Shown here piece after piece: positions 47,313 through 57,115 of a stretch of DNA of 64,000 nucleotides. Numbering within the stretch: position 1 is the first letter of the stretch; each line of letters starts with the position of its first letter. The stretch is taken from positions 181,451-245,450 of the forward strand of contig JAZKFH010000009.1 in NCBI GenBank assembly GCA_040386535.1, read 5' to 3'. This DNA is from Myxococcota bacterium (GTDB lineage: Bacteria > Myxococcota_A > UBA796 > SXON01). The notes beneath the pieces are model-generated. The model did no database searches. It worked only from the letters and a program-made list of their open reading frames with translations, and had not been told where the DNA came from. The translations under genes and the position numbers were made by a program.

Positions 47313-48419
47313 ATGCGCGCGTCCACGCTCGAATATCGCTGTGATCACTCACGGATACGTCTTCCGCCCGAGTGGACGATCCCGGGATGGCAGCCCTCCT
47401 ACGCTGGCTGGAGCAGCCTCTCGCCGGAGGGCTGGCGGCTCTGCGTGCGCGCCGGATGGTGGGATCAGACCGTACCCTTGGCGCGGCGCGCGGAGCTGGC
47501 GGAAGCCGTGATCGCGTGGGGGATGCGGAGGGATGGCGTCATCGGGCGGGTGACCGCCGTGGCCCCCGATCAGGCTGATTTCGATGAGCGGCTCTTCTTC
47601 ACGAGCTCGGGACGTCTGCTCGACGGCGACACGCTCGTCCCCTGCGCGCTGGCCCGCGTCGAACGTTTCGGCGTCGACGGGCAGGTGGTTTTGCTCGAGC
47701 TCGTGTCGATGGGCTCGGACGATACGAGCGCGCTCCTGACCCAGCTCCGCGCCCTGCTGGACGACGTGGAGATCCTCGCCATCGCGGCACCGGAGGAGGT
47801 GCCGTGGGCGGGGCGGGGCGTCGTGCGCTCTGCCGACGACCCGGACGCGGTCGAGTGGGTCCCCTATACGTTCTACGTGCCGCCCAATCGGTTCGTGCCC
47901 GATGCGGACGACGCGCCCGTGATGGACCTCGCGATCGACGCCCTCGCGGACGCGATCCTCCGCGAAGACGCGGTCGCGGCCCCACGCCGCCCGGTGCCGC
48001 CCCCTCCCGAGAAGAAGCCCGCCATCCTGCTCTACCTGTGGGCGTTCGTGCCGGCGGTCGCCCTGTTCCTGCCCTACATGGAGGGGGAGGGTGGCAGCGG
48101 CGGCCCTTACCTGATGATCCACTACGGATCGATCTCCGGGATCGAGCTCCTGCACGCCCTGCCCGCGCTCGTCCTGGTGCCGATCTACGCGCTGGGCGCG
48201 TTGGTCAGCGCCCGGATGTGGCGGGCGGACCCCTCCGCGCGGGTGTGGCGCTGGGTGCTCGGCCTGGGGGCGGCGGTCGTGGGCGCGGCGCTTATCGCCC
48301 TGGTGGTGTTGCTCACGCTCGTCTCCCGAATGGAGGTCAGCATGGGTGTCGTCGCGACGCTGGTTGCGTACGGCTTCCAGCTCATGGAGGCGGTCACGTT
48401 CCGGGCGAAACGTCCGTAG
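47313..48419 (+). CDS. Hypothetical protein with soluble N-terminus and about four C-terminal TM helices
   Basis: Long ORF with protein-like composition; start uncertain. Confidence 0.6.
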   Translation: MRASTLEYRCDHSRIRLPPEWTIPGWQPSYAGWSSLSPEGWRLCVRAGWWDQTVPLARRAELAEAVIAWGMRRDGVIGRVTAVAPDQADFDERLFFTSSGRLLDGDTLVPCALARVERFGVDGQVVLLELVSMGSDDTSALLTQLRALLDDVEILAIAAPEEVPWAGRGVVRSADDPDAVEWVPYTFYVPPNRFVPDADDAPVMDLAIDALADAILREDAVAAPRRPVPPPPEKKPAILLYLWAFVPAVALFLPYMEGEGGSGGPYLMIHYGSISGIELLHALPALVLVPIYALGALVSARMWRADPSARVWRWVLGLGAAVVGAALIALVVLLTLVSRMEVSMGVVATLVAYGFQLMEAVTFRAKRP

Positions 48420-49479
48420 GAACGGTCAGCGCCGCCCCGACCTCCCCGCTCACCGTCACGGCCGGAATCGCGGCGTTCGCGAGGTGCAGATCCGCGGCGC
48501 GGAGCGCGCGCCACGCGGCCTTCTGGAAGTCGGACTCCATGTCGTCGTGGTGACCGAAGTCGGCCACCCACACCTTCACGACGTAGCGGAGGAACAGGGG
48601 TGTCGTCGCGACGAGCCAGATCTTCGGGGCGGGGTCCGTGAGGATCCGGGGCACCGCCGCGCACGCCGCGGAGAGGGCGGCCTCGACGTTCTCGGGCGCC
48701 GCCGAGAGGCGGACGGGGACCTCGACCAGGCGCGAGGTGTGCTTGTCGGGCGCCGAGAAGTTCTGCAGCCGGCCCCGCGCGACGAGCGCGTTCGGGATCG
48801 CGACGATGTCGCCCGAGAGCGTGAGGAGGTGGGTCGACCGCCACCCGAGATGTGTCACCTTGCCCTCCAGCCCGTCGACCAGGATCCAGTCGCCGTGGTC
48901 GAACGGCCGCTCGATGTGGAGCGCGAGGCCGGAGAACAGGTTCCCGAGCGTGTCCTGGAGGGCCAGGCCGACCACGACGGTCACGACGGTGGACGTGGCG
49001 AGGAAGGGGACGAGGTTCAGGCCCGTCACGGTGCCGAGCACGGTGAGCAGCGCCCCCGTGTAGAGCACGATGAGGACGAGGTGCCGCACCACCGCCGGCA
49101 CGGGGATCTGCTTGCGCTCCTGGAGCCACCAGTGGAAGAAGAAGGTCTCCGCTGTCTCGATCACGAGGTAGGCGAGGAGCAGGAGCTCCACCGCGGTCAC
49201 GACATTGCGTCCGCCCTCCACGCCCAGGCCGCGCAACGCGAGCAGCACGTGCAGCGCGGCGAGGCCGACGAGCAGGCGCGCCGGGGGCCGCATGCGCCGG
49301 AGCAGCACCTCGTCGAGCGTGGTGCTCGTCTTCTCGGCGAGCCGGCCGAGGAGGAGGAAGGCCCACTCGAACGCGAACAGGCCCACGATCAGCACGATGA
49401 GCGCGGCGGCGATCGACGCCGGCCAGGACGCGGGCAGCGTGAGGTGGGCGGCCAGCAGCGCGGACAGGCGGTCGGTCAT
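48394..49479 (-). CDS. Small-conductance mechanosensitive channel (MscS family)
   Basis: VVGLALQDTLGNLFSGL, PFDHGDWI, GWRST, IPNA. Confidence 0.93.
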   Translation of the reverse strand: MTDRLSALLAAHLTLPASWPASIAAALIVLIVGLFAFEWAFLLLGRLAEKTSTTLDEVLLRRMRPPARLLVGLAALHVLLALRGLGVEGGRNVVTAVELLLLAYLVIETAETFFFHWWLQERKQIPVPAVVRHLVLIVLYTGALLTVLGTVTGLNLVPFLATSTVVTVVVGLALQDTLGNLFSGLALHIERPFDHGDWILVDGLEGKVTHLGWRSTHLLTLSGDIVAIPNALVARGRLQNFSAPDKHTSRLVEVPVRLSAAPENVEAALSAACAAVPRILTDPAPKIWLVATTPLFLRYVVKVWVADFGHHDDMESDFQKAAWRALRAADLHLANAAIPAVTVSGEVGAALTVPTDVSPGT

Positions 49480-49481
49480 CC

Positions 49482-50756
49482 CTACGAGATGTCCCCGAGC
49501 TCCGCCAACGCCCCGGTCGCCGCCAACGCGTCGCCGCGGTCGGCCTCCCACGAGGGGTCAGCGACGACGACAACGTCGGGATGCCGATCGTACCAGGTGC
49601 GCAGGCCGGGCGTGAACAGGCCGGGGCGGCGGTTGTCGTGCATGTGGAGCCACCACGTCTCGGGGGGCTGCGCGAGGTCGAAGCGGTCGTACTCGTCGTA
49701 CCGCACGATGCGTTGCACGTAAGTGCGTGCCTTGTCGCGCCGCGTGCGCTGGGCCGCCATCTTCTCGGGCACGCCCGCCGGCATCAGCACGTCAATCCCC
49801 GCCTTCTTCGGCCGCGCCAGCTTGATCGACTTGGCGGTGTACTTCTCCTGCGCCTCGGTGAGCGCCTGCTGCGCCGGCTTGAGCCACCCCGTGATCATCT
49901 CCTGCAACATCTCGATCTTGGCCGCTAGGCCCGAGAGGCGCTTCAGGTGCACGGTCACGCCGCGGTCGTCCCCCGCCCACGCGGCGAGCAGCGGTACGTC
50001 GGCGCGCTCGAGGTGCCGGGCCAGGACGCCTTGACACTCTTCGAGGTAGATGCTGCCGAGGTTGGAGAGGCGCCACACGACGCGGTCGTGGTCCTGCACG
50101 TGGTCGTGCACGCCCGCGATGTTCTGTTGGATCCGCGCCACCTCGGCGCGCCACTTGTCCCGCGGCCCGCGCGCGGCCTCGTAGGCGGGGAGCACGTCGT
50201 CCCCGAAGTCATCGAGGCCGAGGGCCTCACACACACGGTCCCCCGCGGCCCAGTGGCGCCAGTAGTGGGGCTGCCACCACCGCTCCTCGAACGCGGGGGT
50301 GTCGTACCCGATGTTCACGAGGTCGAGGAACTGGTCGAGCTCCTCGAAGCGCAGGCAATCCTTCTCCCACGGCTCCAGCAGGTCCTTCGCCTCGGCGAGG
50401 GCGCGGGTGTAGGTCCCGTGCTGGCCGGTGAGCTGCTCCCGCTTCTGCCAGCGCTCGTCCGCTTCGAGGGCGACCACGCGCGCCTGGAGCTTCTTCTCCT
50501 CCTTCGCCAACGCATCGAGCGGCCGGCGCGTCGTGAAGCCGCGGAAGCCGGTGCGTCGCTCCGCCTCGGCGAGCGCCGCCTCGGAGAGCTCGGGCAGGTA
50601 CACCTTGGCGAGCAGCACCGTGAGCTCGTCACGCTCGGCGCGCACCGCGGCGATCGCGGCGCCCAGCTCCTTCGCGAGCGCCGCGCCCTCGCGGAGCTCC
50701 TCCGCGGCGAGGCTGGCGTAGGTCTGGAATTCGTTGGCGGCGTGACGACCGAGCAT
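49482..50756 (-). CDS. Hypothetical coiled-coil protein
   Basis: Long ORF with strong GC3 bias and heptad-like helices; operon context. Confidence 0.75.
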   Translation of the reverse strand: MLGRHAANEFQTYASLAAEELREGAALAKELGAAIAAVRAERDELTVLLAKVYLPELSEAALAEAERRTGFRGFTTRRPLDALAKEEKKLQARVVALEADERWQKREQLTGQHGTYTRALAEAKDLLEPWEKDCLRFEELDQFLDLVNIGYDTPAFEERWWQPHYWRHWAAGDRVCEALGLDDFGDDVLPAYEAARGPRDKWRAEVARIQQNIAGVHDHVQDHDRVVWRLSNLGSIYLEECQGVLARHLERADVPLLAAWAGDDRGVTVHLKRLSGLAAKIEMLQEMITGWLKPAQQALTEAQEKYTAKSIKLARPKKAGIDVLMPAGVPEKMAAQRTRRDKARTYVQRIVRYDEYDRFDLAQPPETWWLHMHDNRRPGLFTPGLRTWYDRHPDVVVVADPSWEADRGDALAATGALAELGDIS

Positions 50757-50765
50757 CCGCCCGCC

Positions 50766-51080
50766 TTATTGCGTCGGCCGGCGTTCGGGAGGGGAGGCGT
50801 GCTCCGCTTCCTGCTTCTCGGCCTGGTCCAGCGCGAAGTCGATCCCGAAGCCCACGGCCTTGTTCACGAGCCGCACGTTGGCGTAGGTGAGCGACACCAC
50901 CGCGTCGTACACGGTGTGCGCCACCTTCGCGGGCTCCTGTACGCCGGGCACCGCTTCGAGCACACGGAACGGGCGCGCCGCCGTGGCGAGATGCACGCGC
51001 TGCACCGCGGTAGACCCGTGCTCCACCGCGTCGCGCACCATGTTCGCGAGCCCGCGCAGGCGCTTCGTCGTCGTGCTCAT
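50766..51080 (-). CDS. Small helical protein resembling the N-terminal region of PGAP1-like hydrolases
   Basis: LRGLANMVRDAVEHGSTAVQRVH...PFRVL...TYANVR; ATGA overlap with the hydrolase gene. Confidence 0.7.
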   Translation of the reverse strand: MSTTTKRLRGLANMVRDAVEHGSTAVQRVHLATAARPFRVLEAVPGVQEPAKVAHTVYDAVVSLTYANVRLVNKAVGFGIDFALDQAEKQEAEHASPPERRPTQ

Positions 51081-52030
51081 GCCGCCTCCGTCAACCACGC
51101 GTGGATCTGGCGATACACGGCGGGGTGGTGCGCCAGCGCCACGTGGCTCATCCCCGGCAGGATCGCGACCCTCTCGGGGGGCAGCGCCGCGCTCGACGCC
51201 GTGCCGCTCCCGACGGGCACCATGATGTCGCCGAACAACGCCGCGGCCCAGGGCATCGCCGAGAGCGTGCCGGCGACGAGGTAGTGGCGCACCTCGGGCA
51301 GGAGCGGGACGGGGTGGTGCGGGTCCCGCAGGCTCACCCGGTGGAGCCGCCGGGCGCGGTCCTCGTGCCGCACGTCGGCGTCGCCGAGGTCCTTGAGGCC
51401 GTCACTGCGGAGGTCGGCGATGTCGGCGATGAGCTGGGTGTACGGATCGGGCACCGCGCGCAGGCCCCGCGACACCACGCGGCCGACACGCTCCAGCGGC
51501 GCGCCCAGGTGGGGGGTGCCGATGTAGAAGGCGCGGTGCACGTGGGAGAGCCAGGCGTGCTCCGCGAGCTTCGCGACGTGGCTGGCGCTGCGCACGACCA
51601 GCCCGCCCATGCTGTAGCCGACGGGCAGCAGCTCCTCGACGGGGACCGGCCACGCGGCGACCAGCGCCATCAGCAGGCGATCGAGCGCCTCGCCATTGTC
51701 CGGAATGGGGCGGCCCGTGTTGTAGCGGAGGTACAGCGGCGTGAAGCCGTGGTCCCGCGCGAGGCTGGCGCCGTAGTCGGTCCCGCCCTCCGCCTGCGCG
51801 GACGCGGGAAACGCCCACACGTGCTCGGTGTTCATCAGGCCGTGCAGCAGCAGCGCGATCTTCGGCGTCGCCGCCGGGAAGGCGCGCGCGAGCGAGGCGG
51901 CATCGAGCGCGAGGGGGGCCCCGTCGTGGATGATCGCCATCTCGGTGGCGAGGCCGTTGCCGGTCCGGGCGAGGTAGTCGCCCACGGTCCCGTTCAGGAC
52001 ACCGATCGCGAGCTCCAGGTTTCTACCCAT
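51077..52030 (-). CDS. PGAP1-like alpha/beta hydrolase
   Basis: LNGTVGDYL, LLHGLM, YLRYNTG, GYSMGGLVVRSA, GTPHLGAPLE, GDIMVP. Confidence 0.88.
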   Translation of the reverse strand: MGRNLELAIGVLNGTVGDYLARTGNGLATEMAIIHDGAPLALDAASLARAFPAATPKIALLLHGLMNTEHVWAFPASAQAEGGTDYGASLARDHGFTPLYLRYNTGRPIPDNGEALDRLLMALVAAWPVPVEELLPVGYSMGGLVVRSASHVAKLAEHAWLSHVHRAFYIGTPHLGAPLERVGRVVSRGLRAVPDPYTQLIADIADLRSDGLKDLGDADVRHEDRARRLHRVSLRDPHHPVPLLPEVRHYLVAGTLSAMPWAAALFGDIMVPVGSGTASSAALPPERVAILPGMSHVALAHHPAVYRQIHAWLTEAA

Positions 52031-52077
52031 CGACGCGCTCCGGCGCTGGGGCCGCTGTAACGCGGCCGGTCGCGCGC

Positions 52078-52785
52078 CTACCGGCCCTTCCCGGACCGCG
52101 GCGCGGCCTCCAAGGTCCCCAGGATCGCGGCCGGGCCGCCGGACACCTGCACCCAGCCGGCCTGCCCGGCGAGGCCACGCACGTACACGGTGGGGGTCCC
52201 GCCGATGCCGAGCGTCACGTTCGTGGCGACGTGCTCCCGGAGGGTGTCCCGCGCGGCCGGCGCGTTGAAGCACGCATCGAACGCCACGGGATCGAGCGCG
52301 GCGCGCTCGACGAACGCGGGGAGCTCCGGCGGGGTGATGTGCTCGGGGTACTGGTACAACAGCTCCGCGAGCGGCACGTAGCGGCCCTGCTCGTTGGCGC
52401 ACGACGCGGCGAGTGCGGCGTCGCACGCGAAGCGGTGCATCTGGTGCTCCACCAGCGGGTTGCACTCACTGTTGAGGGGAAAGCTCTCGAAGACGAAGCG
52501 GATGTCGGGGCGGCGCTCGGCCAGGGCGACGAGCTGCGGAAACAGGTGCGCACAATACGGGCACTGGAAGTCGGAGTAGGTCACGACGACCACGCTCGCG
52601 TCCGCGGGGCCGACGGACGCGGCGGTGGGGGCGATCGGCACGTCCACGGAGAGGGGCTCCAGCACGGCGTCGGGGGGCGTGGGCATGGCGGGGCCGTAGG
52701 CGCCGGTGGGCTCTGCCTTGGGCGGCGGGGCCACGTCGTACATCACGGGGAGCTTCGGGGTGCAGGCCAGCAGGAGCAGGAACAT
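52078..52785 (-). CDS. DsbA/thioredoxin-like lipoprotein
   Basis: LLAC lipobox; YSDFQCPYC; FPL..CN; GIGGTPT. Confidence 0.9.
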   Translation of the reverse strand: MFLLLLACTPKLPVMYDVAPPPKAEPTGAYGPAMPTPPDAVLEPLSVDVPIAPTAASVGPADASVVVVTYSDFQCPYCAHLFPQLVALAERRPDIRFVFESFPLNSECNPLVEHQMHRFACDAALAASCANEQGRYVPLAELLYQYPEHITPPELPAFVERAALDPVAFDACFNAPAARDTLREHVATNVTLGIGGTPTVYVRGLAGQAGWVQVSGGPAAILGTLEAAPRSGKGR

Positions 52786-52841
52786 GCGCGGGAGCTAACC
52801 GGGCCCACCCACGTCGGTCATCCGCGTTCGCGCGCGGCGCG

Positions 52842-53198
52842 TCACGGCCACTCGGCCCGCAGCGCCCAGGTGTCGATGTCCACCGCCTCCAGGAGCCCGG
52901 TCGCCACGAGCTCGTCGAGGATCGGCCGCACCTCCGCGTCCTGGTAGACAGAGTGGTCGATCCAATCGAGGAAGCCCAGGATCTGGGGGAGGGCGGCCCG
53001 CCCGTCGAACCACGCCACGGCGGTCAGGAGGCGCTCCCGCTCGGTGTAGACCAGCTCCGCCGCCCGCTCCCGCCGCGCGCGTTGGAGGGCTCCCCGGGAC
53101 ACCCCGTACCGCGTGCACGCCTCCGCAACGGTCTTCCCCGGGATCCGCGTGAACTTCAGGGCGCGCAGAAGCAGGTCGGGGTCTGGCGGAGTTCGCAT
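52842..53198 (-). CDS. Small hypothetical protein with HTH-like features
   Basis: TVAEACTRYGVSRGAL HTH pattern; ILDELVATGLL winged-helix-like end. Confidence 0.6.
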   Translation of the reverse strand: MRTPPDPDLLLRALKFTRIPGKTVAEACTRYGVSRGALQRARRERAAELVYTERERLLTAVAWFDGRAALPQILGFLDWIDHSVYQDAEVRPILDELVATGLLEAVDIDTWALRAEWP

Positions 53199-53274
53199 GC
53201 GCCCAGATAGTGCGGAGGGCCGGTATGGCGCATCCGTACGGGACGAAAGGGGTCCCCCCGTTTAGAAAGCGCGT

Positions 53275-53358
53275 ATGCACAAGCTGCTCGTCGACCACGC
53301 CACCTTTCGACGCGAGTTCGTCGACGCGGCCGTGTTCCGCGAAGCCGGGGCGCCCTGA
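53275..53358 (+). pseudogene. 27-codon mini-ORF, possible DUF2087-like remnant
   Basis: MHKLLVDHATFRREFVDAAVFREAGAP; TGATG coupling to the next gene. Confidence 0.3.
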
Positions 53359-53981
53359 TGCGCATCGTCTGCGTGAGCGACACCCACTCGCTGCACGACC
53401 GGGTCGTGGTGCCCGACGGGGACCTGCTGGTCCACACCGGGGACCTGTCGCGGCGCGGCTCGCGGGACGATGTCCGCTCGTTCGACCGTTGGCTCGGGGA
53501 GCTCCCGCACCCGCACAAGGTCGTCATCGCCGGCAACCACGACTTCTGCTTCGAGCGCGATCCGGCCGCGCGCGGGTGGATCACCAACGCCATCTACCTG
53601 CAGGACGAGGGGTGTGTCGTCGCCGGGCTGAAGATCTGGGGAAGCCCCTGGCAACCCCGGTTCTTCGATTGGGCGTTCAACCTCGACCGCGGCGCGCCGC
53701 TCCGGGAGAAGTGGGACCTTGTCCCCGGGGACATCGACGTGCTCCTCACCCACGGCCCACCGCACGGCCTGCTCGACAAGACCTGGGATGGCCTCGACGT
53801 CGGGTGTGAGGAGCTGTCCGCCGCGGTGGCCCGGGTGCGGCCGCGGCTCCACGTGTTCGGCCACATCCACGAGGGCTACGGGCGCGTCGATCGGGACGGC
53901 ACCGTGTTCGTGAACGCGTGCGCGTGCAACCTCGAGTACCAGCCGATCCAGCCGCCGATCGTGGTCGATCTACAGGCCTGA
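53358..53981 (+). CDS. Metallophosphoesterase (MPPED/239FB-like)
   Basis: VSDTH, HTGD, IAGNHD, GSPWQP, THGPP, HVFGHIHEGYG. Confidence 0.93.
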   Translation: MRIVCVSDTHSLHDRVVVPDGDLLVHTGDLSRRGSRDDVRSFDRWLGELPHPHKVVIAGNHDFCFERDPAARGWITNAIYLQDEGCVVAGLKIWGSPWQPRFFDWAFNLDRGAPLREKWDLVPGDIDVLLTHGPPHGLLDKTWDGLDVGCEELSAAVARVRPRLHVFGHIHEGYGRVDRDGTVFVNACACNLEYQPIQPPIVVDLQA

Positions 53982-54006
53982 CTTGGGAGGCCCGACTTGG
54001 GAGGCG

Positions 54007-55440
54007 TCAGGCTGGGTAGCGGCGTAGCAGCGCGGCCACGTCGAACTTGTCCTTGGCGGTCTTGAGGGACATGAAGCGAACGGTGCCGTAGATGGGGCGT
54101 CGGAAGAACGGGCGGTCGAACTTGCCGAAGATCCAGTGGATGCCGCCGTAGGTGCTCGAATCGCGGCCGTCCAGGCTGTACTTGTTGTTGTTGTGCTCGA
54201 GGATGCGCAGCGCCGTGGCCGCGTCCGGCGTCCAGGCGAGCACCGCCTTTCCCCACAACATCCGCAGCGAGTTGTGCATGAACCCGTCGCGCAGGTACTG
54301 GCGTTGCGCCACGTTCCACAGGGGCTCGCCGGTGGTGGCGCCCTCGATCTCCGCGTCGGTGTAGAGCACGGGGCGCGGGTCGGCCCGATGCCGCTCCAGC
54401 TCCACTTGGGCCCAACCCGGGATCGCGTCCGCCGTGCGGTGCTTCGGATCGTAGAAGCAGAAGTTGTGGGACAACTCCCGCCACACCAGCGCCTCGTCGA
54501 TGAACTTGGCGGTGTTCTCGCCGGCGCCGTCTCCTCCGGCACCTGCCGCGTGCACCGCCAGGATCACCTCGTGGGGGGACACGTTGCCGAAGTGCAGGTA
54601 GGGCGAGAGGCGGCTCGTCGCGCCCGCGTTCGGATCCCCCCGTTCGGCGGCGTAGCGCGGCAGGCCCGTGGCGAGAAAGTCGCGGAGGCGGGCCTGTCCA
54701 GCCAGGGTCCCGCCGCGGGTGGCGGCCACGGGGGGCACGGTGTGATCGATGGCACACCCCGCGACCAGCGCCGGGATGGTGGCGAGCGTCGGCACCGTGG
54801 GTACGAACGGCACGTCGATGGCGCGGCGGACGTTCGGCTCGGGCTCCTGGGGCGCCACGAGGAAACGGGGCAGCGCCTTCATCAACACGTTGCGGATGCC
54901 GACGGCCGACAGGTGGCCGCGGTCGTGGAAGCGCATGGGGACGACCGTGGCGCTGTCGACCGCCACCACGGGCGTCGTGGTCTTGCGACGCAGGCCGCTG
55001 ATCTGGCGGGGGTGGATGAAGGTGGGGAGGAAGTCCGTGACGACGAGCGCGGCACGATCGGCCAGGAGTTGGAGCGCCGAAGGCGGGCGTGGCGGCGTCG
55101 TTTGTGTCGTGACATCCCCCCAGGGGACCCCGGGCGCGGGGTCCTGGTCCAGCCAGAACGAGTATTGGATCCCCCGTGCGGCAAACGCCGCCCCGAGATC
55201 GACGACCGACTCCAGGATGAAGGTGTGAAGCCGATCGTTGGCGAGCGGGTAGTCCCGGCGCAGCCCGTGATACACGAGCACCGGGACGCCCAGGGTGTTC
55301 GCCACGTCGACCGCGTGTGTCAACGCGAAGTTGTGGTGGGCCCGGAAGGTCGACTGCATCCAATACAGGACGAACTCGCCGCCGGGGCGCGGGGTGGGCG
55401 GGGCGGGGGGGAGGTGGAGGCGGAGGGGTTCGACGGTCAC
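54007..55440 (-). CDS. Class II CPD photolyase
   Basis: VLYWMQ..FRAHHNFAL, SRLSPYLHFG, WRELSHNFC, GFMHNSLRMLWGK, NNKYSLDGRD, RPIYGTVRFM. Confidence 0.92.
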   Translation of the reverse strand: MTVEPLRLHLPPAPPTPRPGGEFVLYWMQSTFRAHHNFALTHAVDVANTLGVPVLVYHGLRRDYPLANDRLHTFILESVVDLGAAFAARGIQYSFWLDQDPAPGVPWGDVTTQTTPPRPPSALQLLADRAALVVTDFLPTFIHPRQISGLRRKTTTPVVAVDSATVVPMRFHDRGHLSAVGIRNVLMKALPRFLVAPQEPEPNVRRAIDVPFVPTVPTLATIPALVAGCAIDHTVPPVAATRGGTLAGQARLRDFLATGLPRYAAERGDPNAGATSRLSPYLHFGNVSPHEVILAVHAAGAGGDGAGENTAKFIDEALVWRELSHNFCFYDPKHRTADAIPGWAQVELERHRADPRPVLYTDAEIEGATTGEPLWNVAQRQYLRDGFMHNSLRMLWGKAVLAWTPDAATALRILEHNNNKYSLDGRDSSTYGGIHWIFGKFDRPFFRRPIYGTVRFMSLKTAKDKFDVAALLRRYPA

Positions 55441-55501
55441 GCGGTCGTTTAACCGGGGCGGGTGCTCAGCCGGGGACGGCGCGACGTGGTAGCCTCCGAG
55501 A

Positions 55502-56086
55502 ATGTCGGGCTTTCTTCTGGCGCTCCTGCTCCTCGGTCCGCGCGCAGCCCTCGCGGACGACGAGCAGCTCGCGACCTCGGCGCGGGCCCGCAAGGTGACC
55601 ATCACGGGCGCGTCGATGAGCGGGGCCGGCATGGTGCTGCTCGGCACGTCGGCGGCGCTGGCCCTCGGCTCTCGTAGCGACGGCGGGTGTGTCGACGGGT
55701 GCGGGAACATGGGCCTCGTGCTGGTTTCGGGCGGGGTGGGGGCGGTGCTGCTGGTGCCGGGTGCGGTCATCACGCTGGCCGGCGCCACGCGGATGAATGC
55801 GCTCGACCGCAGAGGTGGCCGTCGGGCGAGCGCGGTGCCGGTGGCGTTGGGCTGGGGACTCGCGGGGCTGGGCGCCGCGACGTTCGGTGCCGGGGCCTAC
55901 GTCGCCACGGCCGACCTCGATGGGTACGTCAGCCCCGACCCCTTCATCTACGGCGGGCTCGGCCTGTTCGCCGGGGCCGCGGGCGCAGGGATGGTGCAGC
56001 TCGGTGTTCGCGGTGACGACAATGCCGTTGCCGAGGTGGGCTTCGGCCCCACCACGAGTGGCATCATGGTGTTCGGGAGCTTTTGA
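55502..56086 (+). CDS. Hypothetical Gly-rich membrane protein
   Basis: Signal peptide plus several Gly-rich hydrophobic segments; C-terminal GSF. Confidence 0.65.
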   Translation: MSGFLLALLLLGPRAALADDEQLATSARARKVTITGASMSGAGMVLLGTSAALALGSRSDGGCVDGCGNMGLVLVSGGVGAVLLVPGAVITLAGATRMNALDRRGGRRASAVPVALGWGLAGLGAATFGAGAYVATADLDGYVSPDPFIYGGLGLFAGAAGAGMVQLGVRGDDNAVAEVGFGPTTSGIMVFGSF

Positions 56087-56112
56087 GGGTCACCCGCGTA
56101 TCGGTCGGGGCC

Positions 56113-57012
56113 TCATCGGTAGCACGGAGATCTCCCACTCGGCGCATCGACGCGGAGCCGGGTCTCTCCGAGCAGCGCGTCCTCCACCTCCCGAAGCGTC
56201 GCGGGGTCCGTCAAACGGTCCCGCATCGCCCCGAGCTCGACTCGAAACGTGGCATGGGCAGCTTGGAGCTGCTCCCACGTCACCGCGGGCGGTGTGTCAC
56301 GGCACTCGTCCTCCGGTTGGTAGAGATGGTGGGTCGCGAGCAGATCCAACCAGAGGACGCCGGGCATCCGCCCGCCCGCGCTGCGCACGGCCGCGAGACG
56401 CGTTCGTGTGCCCACGAGATCGTTCGACAGGAAGCTCCCCCACGCCGCCTCGAGCTGCGCCTGGGCCCAGGACGGCGAGCGCTTCCCGATCTTCGCGTAC
56501 CAGTGGCCCGCCCTCGGGTAGTCGCCCGCCGCGTGGAACACCCGCGCGATGCCCAGGACCGCGAGCTCCCGGTCGTTGTCGAGCTCGGCGGCGCGCACCC
56601 GCGTGACCCGCTCGCCGCGTTGGGCGTTCACGGTCCGGCCCACGGCGGCGAACGCGTCCAGCGCCTCGCCGTAGCGCCGCAAGTGGGTGAGCGCGACGCC
56701 GTCCAGGTACCGCCCCGCGAGCGTGGAATCGCCCAGGAGGTGTGCGTGGGCGGCGTCCCACTCACCCGCCTCGGCCAAGGCACGGGCCCGGACGTACGAG
56801 GGGGGCAGGGGAGGGAGCTCGACCGCACGGGCCGCGTCGACGACGGGGGCCGGCGCGCCTTGTCGCGCGAGGCAGGCCGCGGTGCCCGCGGGCACGCCGC
56901 CGGCCTCCTGGAGGGTGTCCACGACGATCGCGGTCGGCACGGTCGCGGCGACCCGTTCCACGATCGTGGTGCAGGTGAGGGCGTGGGCGAGCGGGGCGAG
57001 GAGGAGCAGCAC
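56113..57012 (-). CDS. Exported TPR-like protein
   Basis: Signal peptide; YLDGVALTHLRRYGEALDAF, LGIARVFHAAGDYPRAGHWY, AQLEAAW helical repeats. Confidence 0.75.
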   Translation of the reverse strand: MLLLLAPLAHALTCTTIVERVAATVPTAIVVDTLQEAGGVPAGTAACLARQGAPAPVVDAARAVELPPLPPSYVRARALAEAGEWDAAHAHLLGDSTLAGRYLDGVALTHLRRYGEALDAFAAVGRTVNAQRGERVTRVRAAELDNDRELAVLGIARVFHAAGDYPRAGHWYAKIGKRSPSWAQAQLEAAWGSFLSNDLVGTRTRLAAVRSAGGRMPGVLWLDLLATHHLYQPEDECRDTPPAVTWEQLQAAHATFRVELGAMRDRLTDPATLREVEDALLGETRLRVDAPSGRSPCYR

Positions 57013-57115
57013 GTGGGGAGTGTATCGGACACTTTCCGGGAACGGGGCGCCCGCCCGCCGACCGGCGCGTCGGCACGTGGCATACCCATTGCTTACAGGG
57101 TTGGCGGAGGTCCTC

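Noticed and set aside
53980..54004. GACTTGGGAGG direct repeat between convergent genes
   Set aside because: Only two 11-bp copies with no other occurrence noticed; probably a local slippage duplication
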